A stretch of DNA of 63,994 nucleotides, filler included, from Ministeria vibrans ATCC 50519 (GCA_943704425.1; 4 parts of 4 records of this genome joined end to end with filler, not necessarily neighbours in it), one strand, 5' to 3'. Positions 48,990 to 63,994 are shown, counted from the whole stretch's first letter. Notes: generated by a model from the sequence alone, not told the origin. Numbers and translations are program-made.

Positions 48990-50343
48990 ATCTTCACCTG
49001 CGACGCCTAATCTGTTGTGGCGACCGATTCTCTTGATGATTTACTCGGGGGATTGATTGGGTTGATTTCTGACACACTTGGGGGGTTTGTTATGGTGCGC
49101 AGTCGACCTTGAATGCCTTTATGGCACTTGGCAAGGACGCGTGGGCCGAGACACGCCAGACACTTCAGCGTCTGCTGTCGTCCGACGAGGGAACACTCCG
49201 CGACGATGCGGAGCTCCGCAAAACGGCATTTGTGTCACAATCAGCAGCGACAATGCACTTGGCAGTCAGCGTTGGCGACTACACGGACTTTTACGCGAGC
49301 ATCAGCCACGCGACTAACGTGGGTACGCTGTTCCGCAGCCCAACCAACCCACTGCTGCCCAACTGGAAGCACATCCCGGTTGGCTACCACGGCCGTGCGT
49401 CGTCCGTGATCGTCTCGGGCACTCCGCTCCACCGTCCCTGTGGCCAGACCAAACCCAAGGAAGACGAGCCGCCCGTCTATGGTCCCAGCAAACTTCTCGA
49501 TTTTGAACTCGAAATGGTATTATATGGCAATAGTTTCTCTCATCCTAAAGCGAGGCTGTGGTGTTGTAGGCTTTTTTTGTGGGCACTGGAAACAGTTTGG
49601 GAGAGCCTATTCCGATTCACAAGGCTCAGGATCACATTTTTGGAATGTCCATTATGAACGACTGGAGTGGTAAGAATAAGAAACGAGACTAGACTGAGGG
49701 AACTTCGTTTGAGTGTTTTGGTCAGAATCACTTTCTTTATTTCGCTCAATGTCAATCGAAATGTCACGCATTTTCTCATCAATCAGTCGTTCACTCACTC
49801 ATAATTCTGATTGTATAGCGCGCGACATTCAAAAGTGGGAGTATGTGCCCCTGGGGCCGTTCCTGGGCAAGTCGTTCGGTACGTCAGTGTCGCCGTGGGT
49901 GGTGACGATGGAGGCGATGGCGCCCTTTGCCGTGGCCAACCCAGAGCAGACGGACCCGCAGCCACTGCCGTATCTGCGCCACGCTGACCCGTACACCTTT
50001 GATGCGACGCTGCAAGTGCGCATTAAGCCTGAGAATGAGAGCGCCGCGTCGCTTGTGTGCTCGTCCAACTTGAAGAATATCTACTGGACAGCCAAACAGA
50101 TGCTCGCACACCACTCTGTCAACGGATGTAACATGCGCACTGGCGACCTCTTTGCGAGTGGTACCATTTCGGGGACAGAGAAAGACTCATTTGGATCGAT
50201 GCTTGAGCTCTCATGGAGGGGAAGCAACCCCGTTGCCCTTGCTGAGGGTGGTGGCGAGCGCAAATTTATTGCCGATGGTGATACCGTTGAGATGACTGGC
50301 TTCTGTCAGGGTGACGGGTTCCGGTAAAATAATTGTGTATTTG

Positions 50344-50380
<37 letters not shown>

Positions 50381-50477
50381 AATTTTGAATTGTTTCTTTC
50401 CCCACCTCTCCACTCGTAGCGTTGGCTTTGGTGTTGTTGAGAACAAGGTGTTGCCTGCCAAGCCGATGACCTTTTGA
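48312..50477 (+). CDS. FAH: Fumarylacetoacetase (multi-exon)
   Basis: [106 protein letters not shown]. Confidence 0.97.
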
Positions 50478-50751
50478 AAACTTGATCAAAATACATGACA
50501 ATCAATTATTAATCACCGTTGGCACTCAGTCTTCCGTTTTCTTTCGAGGGCCCTCCGGCGCATTGAGCCTGAAGGGCGCCGCAATGGTGCACCGGGGACT
50601 GCTGTGCACAGGGTTACCTGTGCCCCCGTACATTCTTTCATGGGTGTATCAGTGCGTCTATGGGCTTCTTTTGAGACATTTTCGTCTAGCTAGGGAGTAT
50701 CTAGTGTCTACGGAAAGTATTGTGCTGCTATTCGTTTGGTAGAATTATTAT

Positions 50752-51899
50752 TTGTACATTGACTACACCTCTGTACTATTCATTTCTTCCAGCCGCCATC
50801 GTCTCGTGTGTGTGTTGTGCGAGAAGTACGTTGGAGTGAGCGAACTCAAAAGACATCTCTCCTCGTTCCACGCCGACCTGTTCACCGCCGCCGTCATGTC
50901 TGCTGCACCATACGACCCCGCGGGATGGAGGACGGTGTACAGCGCGAGGGTGCGTGCGTTGCTGGAGGAGGAGAACGATGTGTTTGCATTTGCCTACCAC
51001 AACATTGAAGACGAGTTGGGCAAACTGTGGAATGCGCCGGCTCAGCGAGTCCCTGCTGGGTATGCGGCATGGCTGGCGTGTGCACGAGGACAGCAGGAGA
51101 AGGAGCAAAGTCAAGATGGGGAGCGGACTCGGTTTGAGCTGCTGGGGAACGGGAAGGTGCGGTGTCGGAGTCGATTGGTGGACGGACGAGTGTGTGCGGG
51201 TCTGGGATTTGCGCCTGAGCGGGTGAAGACTCATTTCGAACATTGCCATCCACGGAGTGTGTTCCGTGTGAACTGTGTGCTCTGCAAGAAGGATGTGTCT
51301 CCCTCTATTTTGAAGGCGCATTTAATTCGGTATCACCCTCTGCAGTTTCCTTCTGGTGTTGGCGACTGGCTGAGTGTGTACTCTTCTCATGTGCGAGTGG
51401 AACTGGAGCAGGGGGGCGACCCGCATGAGAATATTGAACGTGAGATGGGACTGTTGCGGGTCTTTGAACGTGCTCCTTCGTCTTTCCAGGAGTGGCTGTT
51501 GCGGGCAGAGAGAGTGCCTTTGAGCGATGTGCCGATGGTCGATTCAAATGTCGGATGGAACGACCCGTGTTGGGAGTGCAGTGTAATACGGCGCCATTTG
51601 CAAAGGGGAAAGTGGGGATTCACTTTGCAGCGTATCATCTTCTGAGTGTGCATCGCACAAAGTGTGTCATTTGTGGCCAATCTCTGAGTCAGGCAAATGG
51701 TCTCCCTCGCCACCTTCGTCGATGTCACAGTGATCTATTCGCGTCGGAGGAAAGTCAATGGCGATCTGTGTACGAGAAGGCAGTGCGGAGTGCCTTGGAG
51801 AGAGAGGGAGTGGAGGAGAGTGAGATTGAGAGTGAGTTGATGATGTTGTATGAGCATGAGAAAGTGCCCGCTCAATTTCACAAGTGGGCTATGCAATGA
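50752..51899 (+). pseudogene. Zinc-finger repeat protein (three C2H2/BED-like finger + helical modules with two linker fingers), frameshifted near 51510; pseudogene or sequence error
   Basis: Repeats CVLCEK...LKRHLSSFH...WRTVY, CVLCKK...LKAHLIRYH...WLSVY and, in another frame, CVICGQ...LPRHLRRCH...WRSVY. The frame switches at an (AG)4 tract. Confidence 0.7.
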
Positions 51900-52030
51900 G
51901 CGCTGAAAGTCACATCTTGTTTGCTACAGTAATACCTGAATATACTTCATTGTTTTTTTTTTCAATTATGTTAGAAATTTTTTTTATTTGTGAGATACTG
52001 ATGATATGAAAGTGTGTAAAAAAGTGTGTC

Positions 52031-54667
<2,637 letters not shown>

Positions 54668-55132
54668 GGCCCGTCGAATAATAACCAAAAAAAAGGATTG
54701 CAGGCGACGAGGCGTTGTGTTGACTCGTTGAGATCGGCGAATACGATCAAACTCGGACAAGTGACTACATTGTTTTTCAACTTTTCGTTCTTGCGCTCAA
54801 ATTGTGCCGCTTGCCTTGGCGCCTCTCGGCCTACAACGTCTATGATTGTATTAAGAAGGCTCTGTCAACGCGTCTCGCCTCTTTCCAGGCCCCTGCAGTG
54901 CCCAGCGGACCCTTTAATTTCGCCGACTTGGCGTCACAGTCGTACGCTCCATATGAATACGCCGCGATCACACGTCTCTCACTCAGTCACTCTCCCAATT
55001 CAACTATTCATCACTCATTCTTTTCTCTGTCCACCCCCCTCCCTGGCCGCCACCATTCTCTCTCTCCTTGCTGCCCTCGCTGCCTATCTCCTTCTCTTTC
55101 CCTGTCCAGACTCACTCAACTCACACACCAAA

Positions 55133-55655
55133 ATGGAATTCATCGACCAGAAGATCGCTGAGGGAAAGGTTGTCATGTTCTCCAAGAGCTACTGTAAGCC
55201 TACACACACCGCTTGGGTGCGACTGCGCCCGCCCCCAGTGGCTGTAGCGACGCCCAGACGTCTTTTTTCCCCTTATCGTTCTGAGATGAACCCATTTTCT
55301 TTTTTTTTAAACCTTCTCTCGCGTTTTCTCTTCAAGGCCCGTACTGCAAGAAGGCCAAGGATCTCTTTGCCGGCATCAACCAGCCCATTGTTGTCGTCGA
55401 GCTGGATAAGATGGGTACGATTCGAGCGAGTTTGAATGGACAATGGATAATCATATTATTATTACATTTTGGGGTTTTTCTTCTTCTCACTGTTGTGTGT
55501 TTTGTGTAGACAACGGCAGTGACTTGCAGGCCAAGCTGCTTGCCAAGACGGGCCAGCGCACTGTCCCGAACGTCTTCATCAACGGCAAGCACATTGGTGG
55601 CTGTGATGACACTTCAAAACTGTTTTCGTCCGGTCAAATCAAGACGATGCTCTGA
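55133..55655 (+). CDS. Dithiol glutaredoxin (CPYC; 3 exons); possible in-frame N-terminal extension from ATG 54842
   Basis: VVMFSKSYC/PYCKKAK (active site split by an intron), VVELD, TGQRTVPNVFINGKHIGGCDD. Confidence 0.95.
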
Positions 55656-55871
55656 AGCGCGCACTCCTTGTTGCACTACCATCAGCTTGTATCATCACAC
55701 ATGCACACTTTAACAAGTACAACAGTACTCATTTCCGATCAGATCATCAGAAATCAGTTTTGAGTAACTCATAAGTTAGTTAGCAGATTAGATTAAGAAT
55801 TTCAATTTTTTTCATTGATTGGCCATATCTACTGTCGGGTTTGTAGTGGCCAGTAGCCTTCACCCCATAGC

Positions 55872-56463
55872 ATGCCTGTATAGCAAGCCGCGAGGACACC
55901 CATCATTATATCTAATCAGTCTCTTCACTTGCCTCCTCAGCGACTCGGCTCGTCCGCCACCGCCCGACGCCAAGTAGACCTGGGAAGCGACCGACGGCGC
56001 GACCCACACGCGTCCGAGGCGCCTGTGGATGACGATGACACCCGTGTGCGCGCCAAACTGCGTCGCGTTGCTGCGTATTTTACGCCTGAAGGGTGGCTCA
56101 AACTGGGAATCTTTTTTGCGCTGTTGGGACTGGCACGCGAGCTCGAAGTGATGGCTGTCTACCTCGTAGTGGCGGCCATGTATGCACTGTACACGTCTAT
56201 GCAGCCCGGCACGCGAAAAAAGGGCGAACTGAGTGCCTATGCTGCTTTTAATCCGGGCTTCCGCCGACTCGACGGAGAGACGTCGGCCGAAGAGATGACG
56301 CGACAGATGACTCGCGGCATTGCCGGTATGTATCATCATTATCCTCAATGTTTGTGTAGTTTTCTTCTTCTTTTCTCTCTCTATGTGTGTGTGTGTGTCA
56401 TTCTTGCGAGGTACTAATCGCAGTCTTATGTTATGTGTAGGGTTTGCGGCAAGAGACAAGTGA
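55872..56463 (+). CDS. SAYSD1: SAYSvFN-domain membrane protein (start uncertain)
   Basis: Hairpin TM WLKLGIFFALLGLARELEVMAVYLVVAAMYALY then RKKGELSAYAAFNPGFRRLDGETSAEEM; last exon GFAARDK*. Confidence 0.85.
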
Positions 56464-56875
56464 GTGAAAGTGTAAACAACGAAGTGAAAATATTCTGTAT
56501 TATTACATTATGACGTAGTGTAATGTGTGTATGTATGTATGTGTGTGTGCTTGTTTTTGGCTTTGCGTAGCTGTATGAATGGTGTACAGGGAGTAAGTAT
56601 ATGTAGAGAATGAACGAATGAAACGACTCATCATCAATAGTAACAACAGTCACAGTCTGTTGCGATCTTGTAGTTAGTTCACTACTCACTAGCTCTCTTG
56701 TTTCAACAGTGACCCACTACACGACTACAGTCACTCAGGTCTCAGCCTCTCACTCTGGGGGATCTCACTGTGTCTGTTCGACAGTTCAATTTTCAGTATT
56801 TCATTATCGTTAATCGTTTTGTGTTATCGTCGATCGAATCAGTTATCTTTTTCTCGCTTTTTGTTGCACATACAG

Positions 56876-57075
56876 ACCTCGACGCCACCACCATGGTAAG
56901 CAATCGCTCCAGAGCGCCCACACACGCCGTTTCGTCGTCGAGACGATCATGATGTTCTTTTTCCCTCTCGTGTGCGCCATCGTGCGGCCACAGCCACTCC
57001 GCTTCGTCATAGCACTCACACAGGATCCAGTGTATTGTATTGCTTCCATTTGCGAAGTGGGTTTCATAAGAACCT
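56876..57075 (-). CDS. Probable internal exon of an unidentified gene cut by the gap
   Basis: Open, GC-richer segment (HFANGSNTIHWILCECYDEAEWLW...ALERLLTMVVASR) after a poly-T tract and before a GT donor; no recognised motif. Confidence 0.3.
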
Positions 57076-57092
57076 CTCGTCAAAACTGACTT

Positions 57093-57125
<33 letters not shown>

Positions 57126-57225
57126 NNNNNNNNNNNNNNNNNNNNNNNNNNNNNNNNNNNNNNNNNNNNTTAATTAATTAANNNNNNNNNNNNNNNNNNN
57201 NNNNNNNNNNNNNNNNNNNNNNNNN
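57126..57225. other. Artificial contig-joining spacer
   Basis: N-TTAATTAATTAA-N. Confidence 0.95.
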
Positions 57226-57239
57226 AATTATTTTTCTCT

Positions 57240-60200
57240 ATGGCGACGGACGAGGAAGCGCCAAACTCAGAGCGCGCCGCCTCAGAGGAGAGGCAAGGGG
57301 CGTCTGCTGCCGCGCAGGACACGTCTGCGCCGCCGTCGCCCTCCAAGAAGGCGCCTGGGGTCTTCAACTTTGTGCGTGGCATTGACCTTAGTGGAAACGA
57401 GTAAGTTCACGCCATCGCCGCACGGCCCCCGCGCCTCTCCGCGCCGCCTCCGCTCACCCTCCACCGCGCCCTCCGTCGCGCCGCCCTTGTCTCGTCCTCT
57501 TTCCCGCAGTTTCAGCGTCTCTGCGGTCCCTGATCAGCTTGGCTCTCTCCACAATCTCGTCTGGCTCCGCCTCAACCGCAGCCACATTGCCGAGCTGCCA
57601 CAGTCCCTCACCAAAGCACCCAGGGTACCGTACCAGCTGTGTTCTGCGTCTTTGTTTATTATTTTTTCGTTCAGATGAGAGAGAAAAGAGAGTCATAACA
57701 CACGCATAGCCAAGGCCACACACACACCCAATCCAATCACCTGAGAAGACCCACGNNNNNNNNNNTTTTTTTTTTTTTTTTTTTTTTTGAAATTCTTCGT
57801 TTTTTAGCTGGAAGAGCTTTCTGTGACGCGCAACAACCTCCGAGCGCTGCCCACGGGACTCTCGTCTGCGCAAGAACTGCACACGATCAATGCGCGACAC
57901 AACAAGATCACCTGCGATGGTTTGCCCACTGCGCTCTTCAGTCTGTCGCAGTTGACTACGCTTGATCTGAGGTACATAATGTGTCTCTCTGCACCGCCCT
58001 TGTCCTCACCTCTTCTGCGCTCTAGTTACAACGAACTCACGGAGCTCCCGCTGGAAGTGAGCAATGCCCGCCATTTACTTGTGCTTTCCCTTGCACACAA
58101 CAAACTCACGAGCGACCCCGAACGTCTTCCGCCGCGTCTCTTTGCCAACTGTACCGATCTACAGTACCTCGATCTGGGCCACAACCTTCTTGACTCACTG
58201 CCGGTGCAACTGCGTCGCGTCACGCAACTCGACACGCTCATTGTGCGATGTAATCCACTCGCGACGCACAATTTTCTGCGTCCAATTTTTGCGCTGCACT
58301 CTCTGCGCGTTCTCGACCTGTGCGACACCCAACGCACCCCCGAGAACCTTCCCGAGTCTCTCTCAGACCTGGTTCTTCTTGAAGAACTTGATCTGAGCCA
58401 AAATGCTCTCGGTTCCTCCCTTCCCTCTTCCATCTTCTCTCTCACTCGTCTCACTCGTCTCAACCTCAGTGGCTGTGGTCTCACTTCACTCTCTCCTTCC
58501 ATCCAACTCCTTGCCCTCCTCAGGACACTCAATCTTGCCGACAACGAACTCACTGTAAGAAAGAAAGAAAGAAACAAAAGCAAAAAAAAACAAAAAAACA
58601 AAATAATAGTTACTCATGGTGTTGGACAAAATTTGGTAGGAACTACCGGAAGAGATTGGGTATCTTGTTGAGTTGCGTCGGTTGTTTTTGAATGGAAACC
58701 GACTGACGGGTCAAGGAGAGACCTTTCCCGTGACGATGTGCACACTGTCGTCGCTTGAGGTGCTCAACCTGAGCTTCAATGGTCTTCTTGAGCTGCCCAT
58801 TGTGGTGTGTGATCTTACGGCAATGCACACGCTGCGTCTCTCCGGAAACAAACTGGTGACACTTCCACCGACCATTTGGGAGCTTACGGCCCTGACACAG
58901 CTTGTCACGACCAACAATCCCGATCTGGTGATGCCGCCACGTGCGCCGTCATTGCGCTCGGACCAGACATACGGTGTCGACTGGCGGCCATCGCAGCACA
59001 CGGGCGCGCCTGTAGCGGCGGATCCCGCGGCCGAGGCCGCGGCTCAGGCACGTGCTGCGGCTGCTGAGAAAACCAAGAAGCGACGTGTGGTGGGACAGTT
59101 GGGCAGTGCGAGTGCGGCACAGCACACCGACCAAGACGCTGAGATGGTGCTGTTAGGCATGCGACGTGTGGCGGGCGACGACGCGACAACTTCCAATACC
59201 AACAAGCACGGTTCGGACTCGGACCGCAGCGATGATGATGATGATGATGACGACGATATTGGTGCATCGTTGGGCGACGGATCGGGCATTCCGGGCGCAC
59301 CCCCACGACCCAAGCGTTGGAACGAGCGACTGCGACGCCCCAACATTGACTACTCGGACCTATTTGGCGACTATGACTGGGAGTACGATCCCGAGAGCAC
59401 CAGCAATAATGTGTACATGTGGCGCATTGAGAACTTTGTGCCCATCGAGGTGGACGAAGCGATGCACGGGCACTTCTACGACGCCGATGCGTACATTGTG
59501 CTGCGAGTGTTTCTTGACGACAAAGGAGTGTCGGCGCACGAGATTTACTTTTGGATTGGTGAGCGCGCGTCGCTCGACAAGAAGGCATCGGCGGCCATTC
59601 ATGCGGTCAGTCTGCGCAACCACCTGTTGGCGACGTGCATGGCACAGCGAGAGGAGCAGGGCGACGAGAGTGACGAGTTTTTGCGTGTCTTTGACAACGA
59701 CCTTGTCTATGTCAAGGGTGGCACCGAGAGTGGCTTTTTTGCGGTGCAAAAGACCACCTATCCGACGACGCTGTACCGTTTGTTTGCGCGCACGCGTGAT
59801 CCTGTTCTCTCGGCGGTAGCAATCACGGCCGAGTCGCTCTCGTCGCGTGGCGCTTTTCTTCTCGATGCCGGCCTCACCATGTTTGTGTGGTGTGGCAAGC
59901 AGTCGCCGGGCACACAGCGCTCCAAGTGCCGTCTGCTTGCCGAGAAGATCAACAAGACGGAACGTCAGATGCGCTCGACTATTCATCTTGTGGACGAGGG
60001 CGACGAGACGCCCGAGTTCTGGGCGACGATCGGCAACGAGCGCACTCCCGAGATGATTGCGGCGTCCGAGTCACGTGTGGATGCCGAAGACGCACTCCCT
60101 TCGCGTCTCTATCGTGTCATGCTTGGCAAGGGTTACCTCGAGCTGCCACAGGTCACGCCACCGAGTGGGGTGCTTACGCAAGAGTTGCTCGACAAGAAGG

Positions 60201-62045
60201 GTGTCTACGTGCTTGACACGCACATTGACGTGTTTGTGTGGGTGGGACAGAAGAGTGCTCGGATTCTGCGAGCGGCCGGCGTGAAGATTGCGCAGGAGCT
60301 GGCGGACATGGTGCAGCGTGAGGAGCACGCGAGTGTGCTGAGTGTGGTGGACATGGCCGAGACCGTTGCGTTCAAGTCGCACTTTAGTGGCTGGGACGAT
60401 GTGGTGGGCGTGGACCACACGCGCGCCGGAGTGGCACCCTCGCTCACGGTGAAGCAGATGCAAAATCGTGTCAAAGCTGAGCCACCGGCGCCCAAGGAAG
60501 TGATGCCACTGCGCTCGGACCTTGCCGCGCTCTACCGTCCTCCACGCGTCCTTTCCACCGACAAGGAGGCGCTTGTGTTTGCCAAGCAAGCCAATCGTTC
60601 GCTCGAGAAGCTCGAGTCGTTTGTACTCGAGGGCAAGTCGTTTGTCAGGCTTCCTAAAGAGGAGGTAAGCGAAAGAAAAAAAGGTGTATCTCTTCCTTCG
60701 TTTTATATCTGTGTTTGTGTGTCTTACACCACTTTTTTCCCCTTCTTTTTTTGCGCTAGTTTGGACACTTTTACTCGGGGGAGTGCTATGTGTTTTTGTG
60801 CACGTACTGGGTGGCGGACGAGGAGGACGAGAGCACGACGGGAGCAGAGGAGGACGATGAGATGGAGCATGGACACATCGAGTGCACGGTGTACTTTTGG
60901 CAGGGGCGCATGTGTGCCAAGATGGGCTGGCTCACGTTCAAGTTTAGCTTTTTGCCGGCCATGGAGCAGCTTGTGGAGCAGAACTTTGGGTGTGGACTGA
61001 CGATTATGCGACAGTGGCAACAGCGTGAGTGCGAGTTGTTCCTGGCGCACTTTAAGCGACGCTTTGTGGTGCATCAAGGGTCGCGCGGTGCGCCACGGAT
61101 GAACGAGAAGGGCGATGTAGAGGCGGTGACGTTGTTCCAGGTGGGTGGACTGGGCGATCTGAACACGGTGCGGTGTGTGGAGACGTACGAGGTGACTGCT
61201 TCGCTGCTGTGCTCTCGTCGGTGTTTCCTTCTGCGCGTGCCGTTTGATCGGGAAGGAATGCTCTATGTGTGGCTGGGCAAGTACGCCACGGAGAACGAGC
61301 GGACGATTGCGAATCAGCTGGGTGACATGATGACGGGCAAGTACTCGCGCCAGACTGTACTGGAAGGAGAGGAACCCGAGAATTTCTTTTGGTATGGTAT
61401 TGGGGGACAGAAGGAGTACGACACACGCGAGAATGTTGCGCGCCCGCGCGTCTTTCTCTGCTCCAATGCAACCGGGTTCTATCGTGTCTCTGAACTCGAT
61501 GCGGACTTTTGTCAGGATGATTTAGTGGAAGATGATTGTTTGTGTAAGGCGCCAAAAAGAAAATGAATAAGTGAGTGAGTAACAATTGTGTGTGTTTTTT
61601 TTTGGGGGGGGGGTTTGATAGTGATTGACAGTGGCGAGAGGGTGTTTGTGTGGATTGGCGCTTCAGCACCCGATGTGGAAGCGAAATTGACTGAGCGCAC
61701 TGGAAAGGTACACATATATTTTCAAGTGTTTTTTTGAGTGAGACTAATTGAATGGCATTGCACCCACAATTGAAACAATTGAACGGGATTGAGTGAATGA
61801 GGTTGAGGGAATAAGTTTGAATGGGAGTTTTTGACTTCTGTTTGATTTTTTTTAGGCTTACATTGAGAATTTGGGAGAAGGAGCGACTCGCGAAGGACCA
61901 ATTGTGGTCAAGGCAGGAAACGAACCAGAATCGCTGAAAAAGTGCTTCTTTGCTTGGGACGAAAACGGTAATGGTAAAAAAGAAAGAGAGTAGTATTGAT
62001 TATTTTGTTTTCCTTTTAGGACCAAGGCGAATGCAGCTGTTGGTT

Positions 62046-62048
<3 letters not shown>
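57240..62048 (+). CDS. FLII: Flightless-I homolog (N-terminal LRRs + gelsolin repeats; multi-exon)
   Basis: FVRGIDLSGNE/F, many LRRs, RWNERLRRPNIDYSDLF, WRIENFVP...HGHFYDADAYIVL, IYFWIG...LDKKASAAIHAVSLRN, REEQGDESDEF, RLYRVMLGKGYLELPQV, FVLEGKSFVRLP, VYFWQGR, EGEEPENFFW. Confidence 0.95.
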
Positions 62049-62142
<94 letters not shown>

Positions 62143-62242
62143 NNNNNNNNNNNNNNNNNNNNNNNNNNNNNNNNNNNNNNNNNNNNTTAATTAATTAANN
62201 NNNNNNNNNNNNNNNNNNNNNNNNNNNNNNNNNNNNNNNNNN
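62143..62242. other. Artificial contig-joining spacer
   Basis: N-TTAATTAATTAA-N. Confidence 0.95.
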
Positions 62243-63897
62243 GATTTTTCCGTTGGGACACGACGTGCATGACGACGCAACGGCGCCAGAGTAGGTGCCG
62301 GCCGCGCAATCGAGACACAGTTCGGCCGAGGCCGCGCTGTACTTTCCTGCGCCACAGTTACTGCATGTGGTGGAAGCCTTTCCTGCGGAGTATTTGCCGG
62401 CGGTGCAGCTGGTGCAAATAGACGCCAGAGCGCCACTGAAAGTTCCTGCGCTACAGTCAATGCATGTGGACGATTTTACTGGAGAATATTTGCCGGCCGA
62501 GCAGCTGGTGCAAGTGGTCGCCATGGCACCACTGAACGTTCCGGCCGAACATGAGGTACAGCTGCCTGCCTTGGATCCACTGAGAAGAGAAGCAGTTTCA
62601 TAATGATGTGTACAGTTGCTTTTGACTTAGAACAGCTGTTTACCTGTAGGTACCAGCGGGACAGCTGTAGCACGTCTACAAGCAAGATTAAAGCTTTAAG
62701 TAACCCCCCCCCCAAAAAAAAAAAAAAAAAAAAAACAAATACACCGTACCGATGAAGACGAAGGAGCGTACTTGCCTGCTGCGCAATTTATGCATCCGGA
62801 GGCTTTAGCGCCTGAGTATGTTCCACTGGTGCATGACGGACAAGTACTATAATGAAATAGTAATGAAAACTATTCTGAAAGCCACATAAGCTTGCAGAGA
62901 ATCGAACCTTCCGGTAGTGGTGGAGGAATACTTTCCTGCCACACAATTGGTACAACTACCAACACTCGAGGCGGAGTACGCGCCGTAGCCACAGTTCTTA
63001 CATGACTATGGTAGCAGTGAGCGAGAAAATAGATGATAATATCGACTGATGCGTACCGTTGCACTCGAGGACGAATATTTGCCCGCAGGGCAAAATGGAC
63101 AAGATGTCGCGGAGTAGCTGGCCTGGTACTTACCAGCGGCGCATGCGGTGCAGCTGCCTGCGTTGGTGGTGCTTGAGTACCTTCCAGGAGAGCAGTTGGC
63201 GCAAGCGAGACTGTGTGAGAGAAGAACAGAGTCAACAAGGAGCTGAGGAAAAACTGAAACACAATGAATGGTATTTCGTACTAATGGTTGCAGCCGCACT
63301 CGCCACAGTCGTTAGAGCACCAAGACCAATTAAGCCACCAGCCGCAGTCGCACGAGCTACAAAAACATTGTAAGTTGACCGAATGAGAGTGCAGTATCGA
63401 GTAAGGTTCTGTATGAATAATAGTTCTTTCTTCTTGGGGATATAAATAGGGTTCCGATACGGTACGTGGGAATGTGAACGCTTGGTTCAGTGCAATTCGT
63501 GTCTGTGGGGACGGGAGGTGGCACCCAACAAATGTCCAAGCAAGGGCTGACCCACAAGCTGTACTCAACCGCAACTGATAACAATAAAAAAAAGCGAAGG
63601 AGATAACGAAGAGATAACAACTCCCAAGCCAAATGGGAGTTCGAATGAAGTTCGAATATCGATAAGTTCGATAACCGAAACGAATTGCGCTTACTTGCAC
63701 TCTTGGCACGACGAGGATGAGTAACGGTACTTGCCCGATCCACAGGTTGGTGCGCCCCGCGCCTGGCGACTGAGCGTCGGTAGGTAGGACGCACGCGCAA
63801 AGCGAGATTTCTCAAATTTAGAGTTTTCAGTGGCGACGACAGCAGAGAGAGACAATGCCAGCACCGCCACGAGAAGGAGAACAGAGAAGCACCTCAT
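62243..63897 (-). CDS. Secreted or surface Cys-rich repeat protein (ephrin-receptor-like/GCC2-GCC3 repeats); 3' end lost at the gap
   Basis: Signal MRCFSVLLLVAVLALSLSAVVA; many C-x2-C-x-A-G-[KT]-[YF]-S repeats over several exons (CTACAAGKYQ, CTSCSAGKYS, CIDCSAGTFS, CSNCGAGKYS). Confidence 0.88.
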
Positions 63898-63994
63898 GCG
63901 GTCTTAGGAGCGGGGTGGAAAGAGTGAATAAAAATGATCTTCGGACATGGCACCTTAATCTTTCCGTACCGACCTGTGACAGTTTTTTTTTTTT

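Noticed and set aside
49020-49075. TGATGA...CTGA in a FAH intron, resembling C/D snoRNA boxes
   Set aside because: The boxes are only ~30 nt apart, with no terminal stem or recognisable rRNA guide.

Overview
Compact, intron-rich nuclear DNA from a eukaryotic microbe, read with the standard code (TGA, TAA and TAG all serve as stops) and GT-AG introns full of (TC)n/(CA)n microsatellites. An axonemal dynein light chain, Flightless-I and an adhesion GPCR suggest a flagellated holozoan or other amorphean protist (inference). The window joins four pieces with artificial N-TTAATTAATTAA-N spacers (about 29.7, 57.1 and 62.1 kb), so linkage across them is unproven. About 23 genes or gene fragments can be read. 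Recognisable ones are SSU72, ABCD3/PMP70, COQ5, a GH3 glycosidase, an FMN reductase, an FMO, DNAL4, NOP14, FAH, PCYT2, glutaredoxin, SAYSD1 and FLII. The most unusual items are: (1) a kinesin motor fused to both a U-box and an F-box; (2) a spliced DCX-like + bHLH-leucine zipper + PAS/PAC transcription factor with a CxxC in the PAS domain, beside three oxidoreductase genes; (3) an adhesion GPCR with a very long L-domain/LRR-like ectodomain and a duplicated cytoplasmic motif; (4) a (TTC)n-tailed LINE with a 13-bp TSD plus a 39-bp 3'-end-only insertion with its own TSD; (5) a 15-bp motif repeatedly embedded in (TC)n tracts of unrelated genes; (6) two duplicated signal-peptide exons; (7) a frameshifted zinc-finger repeat protein preceded by a possibly structured RNA. 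All domain calls come from motif recognition by eye and no searches were run. Gene coordinates span introns.
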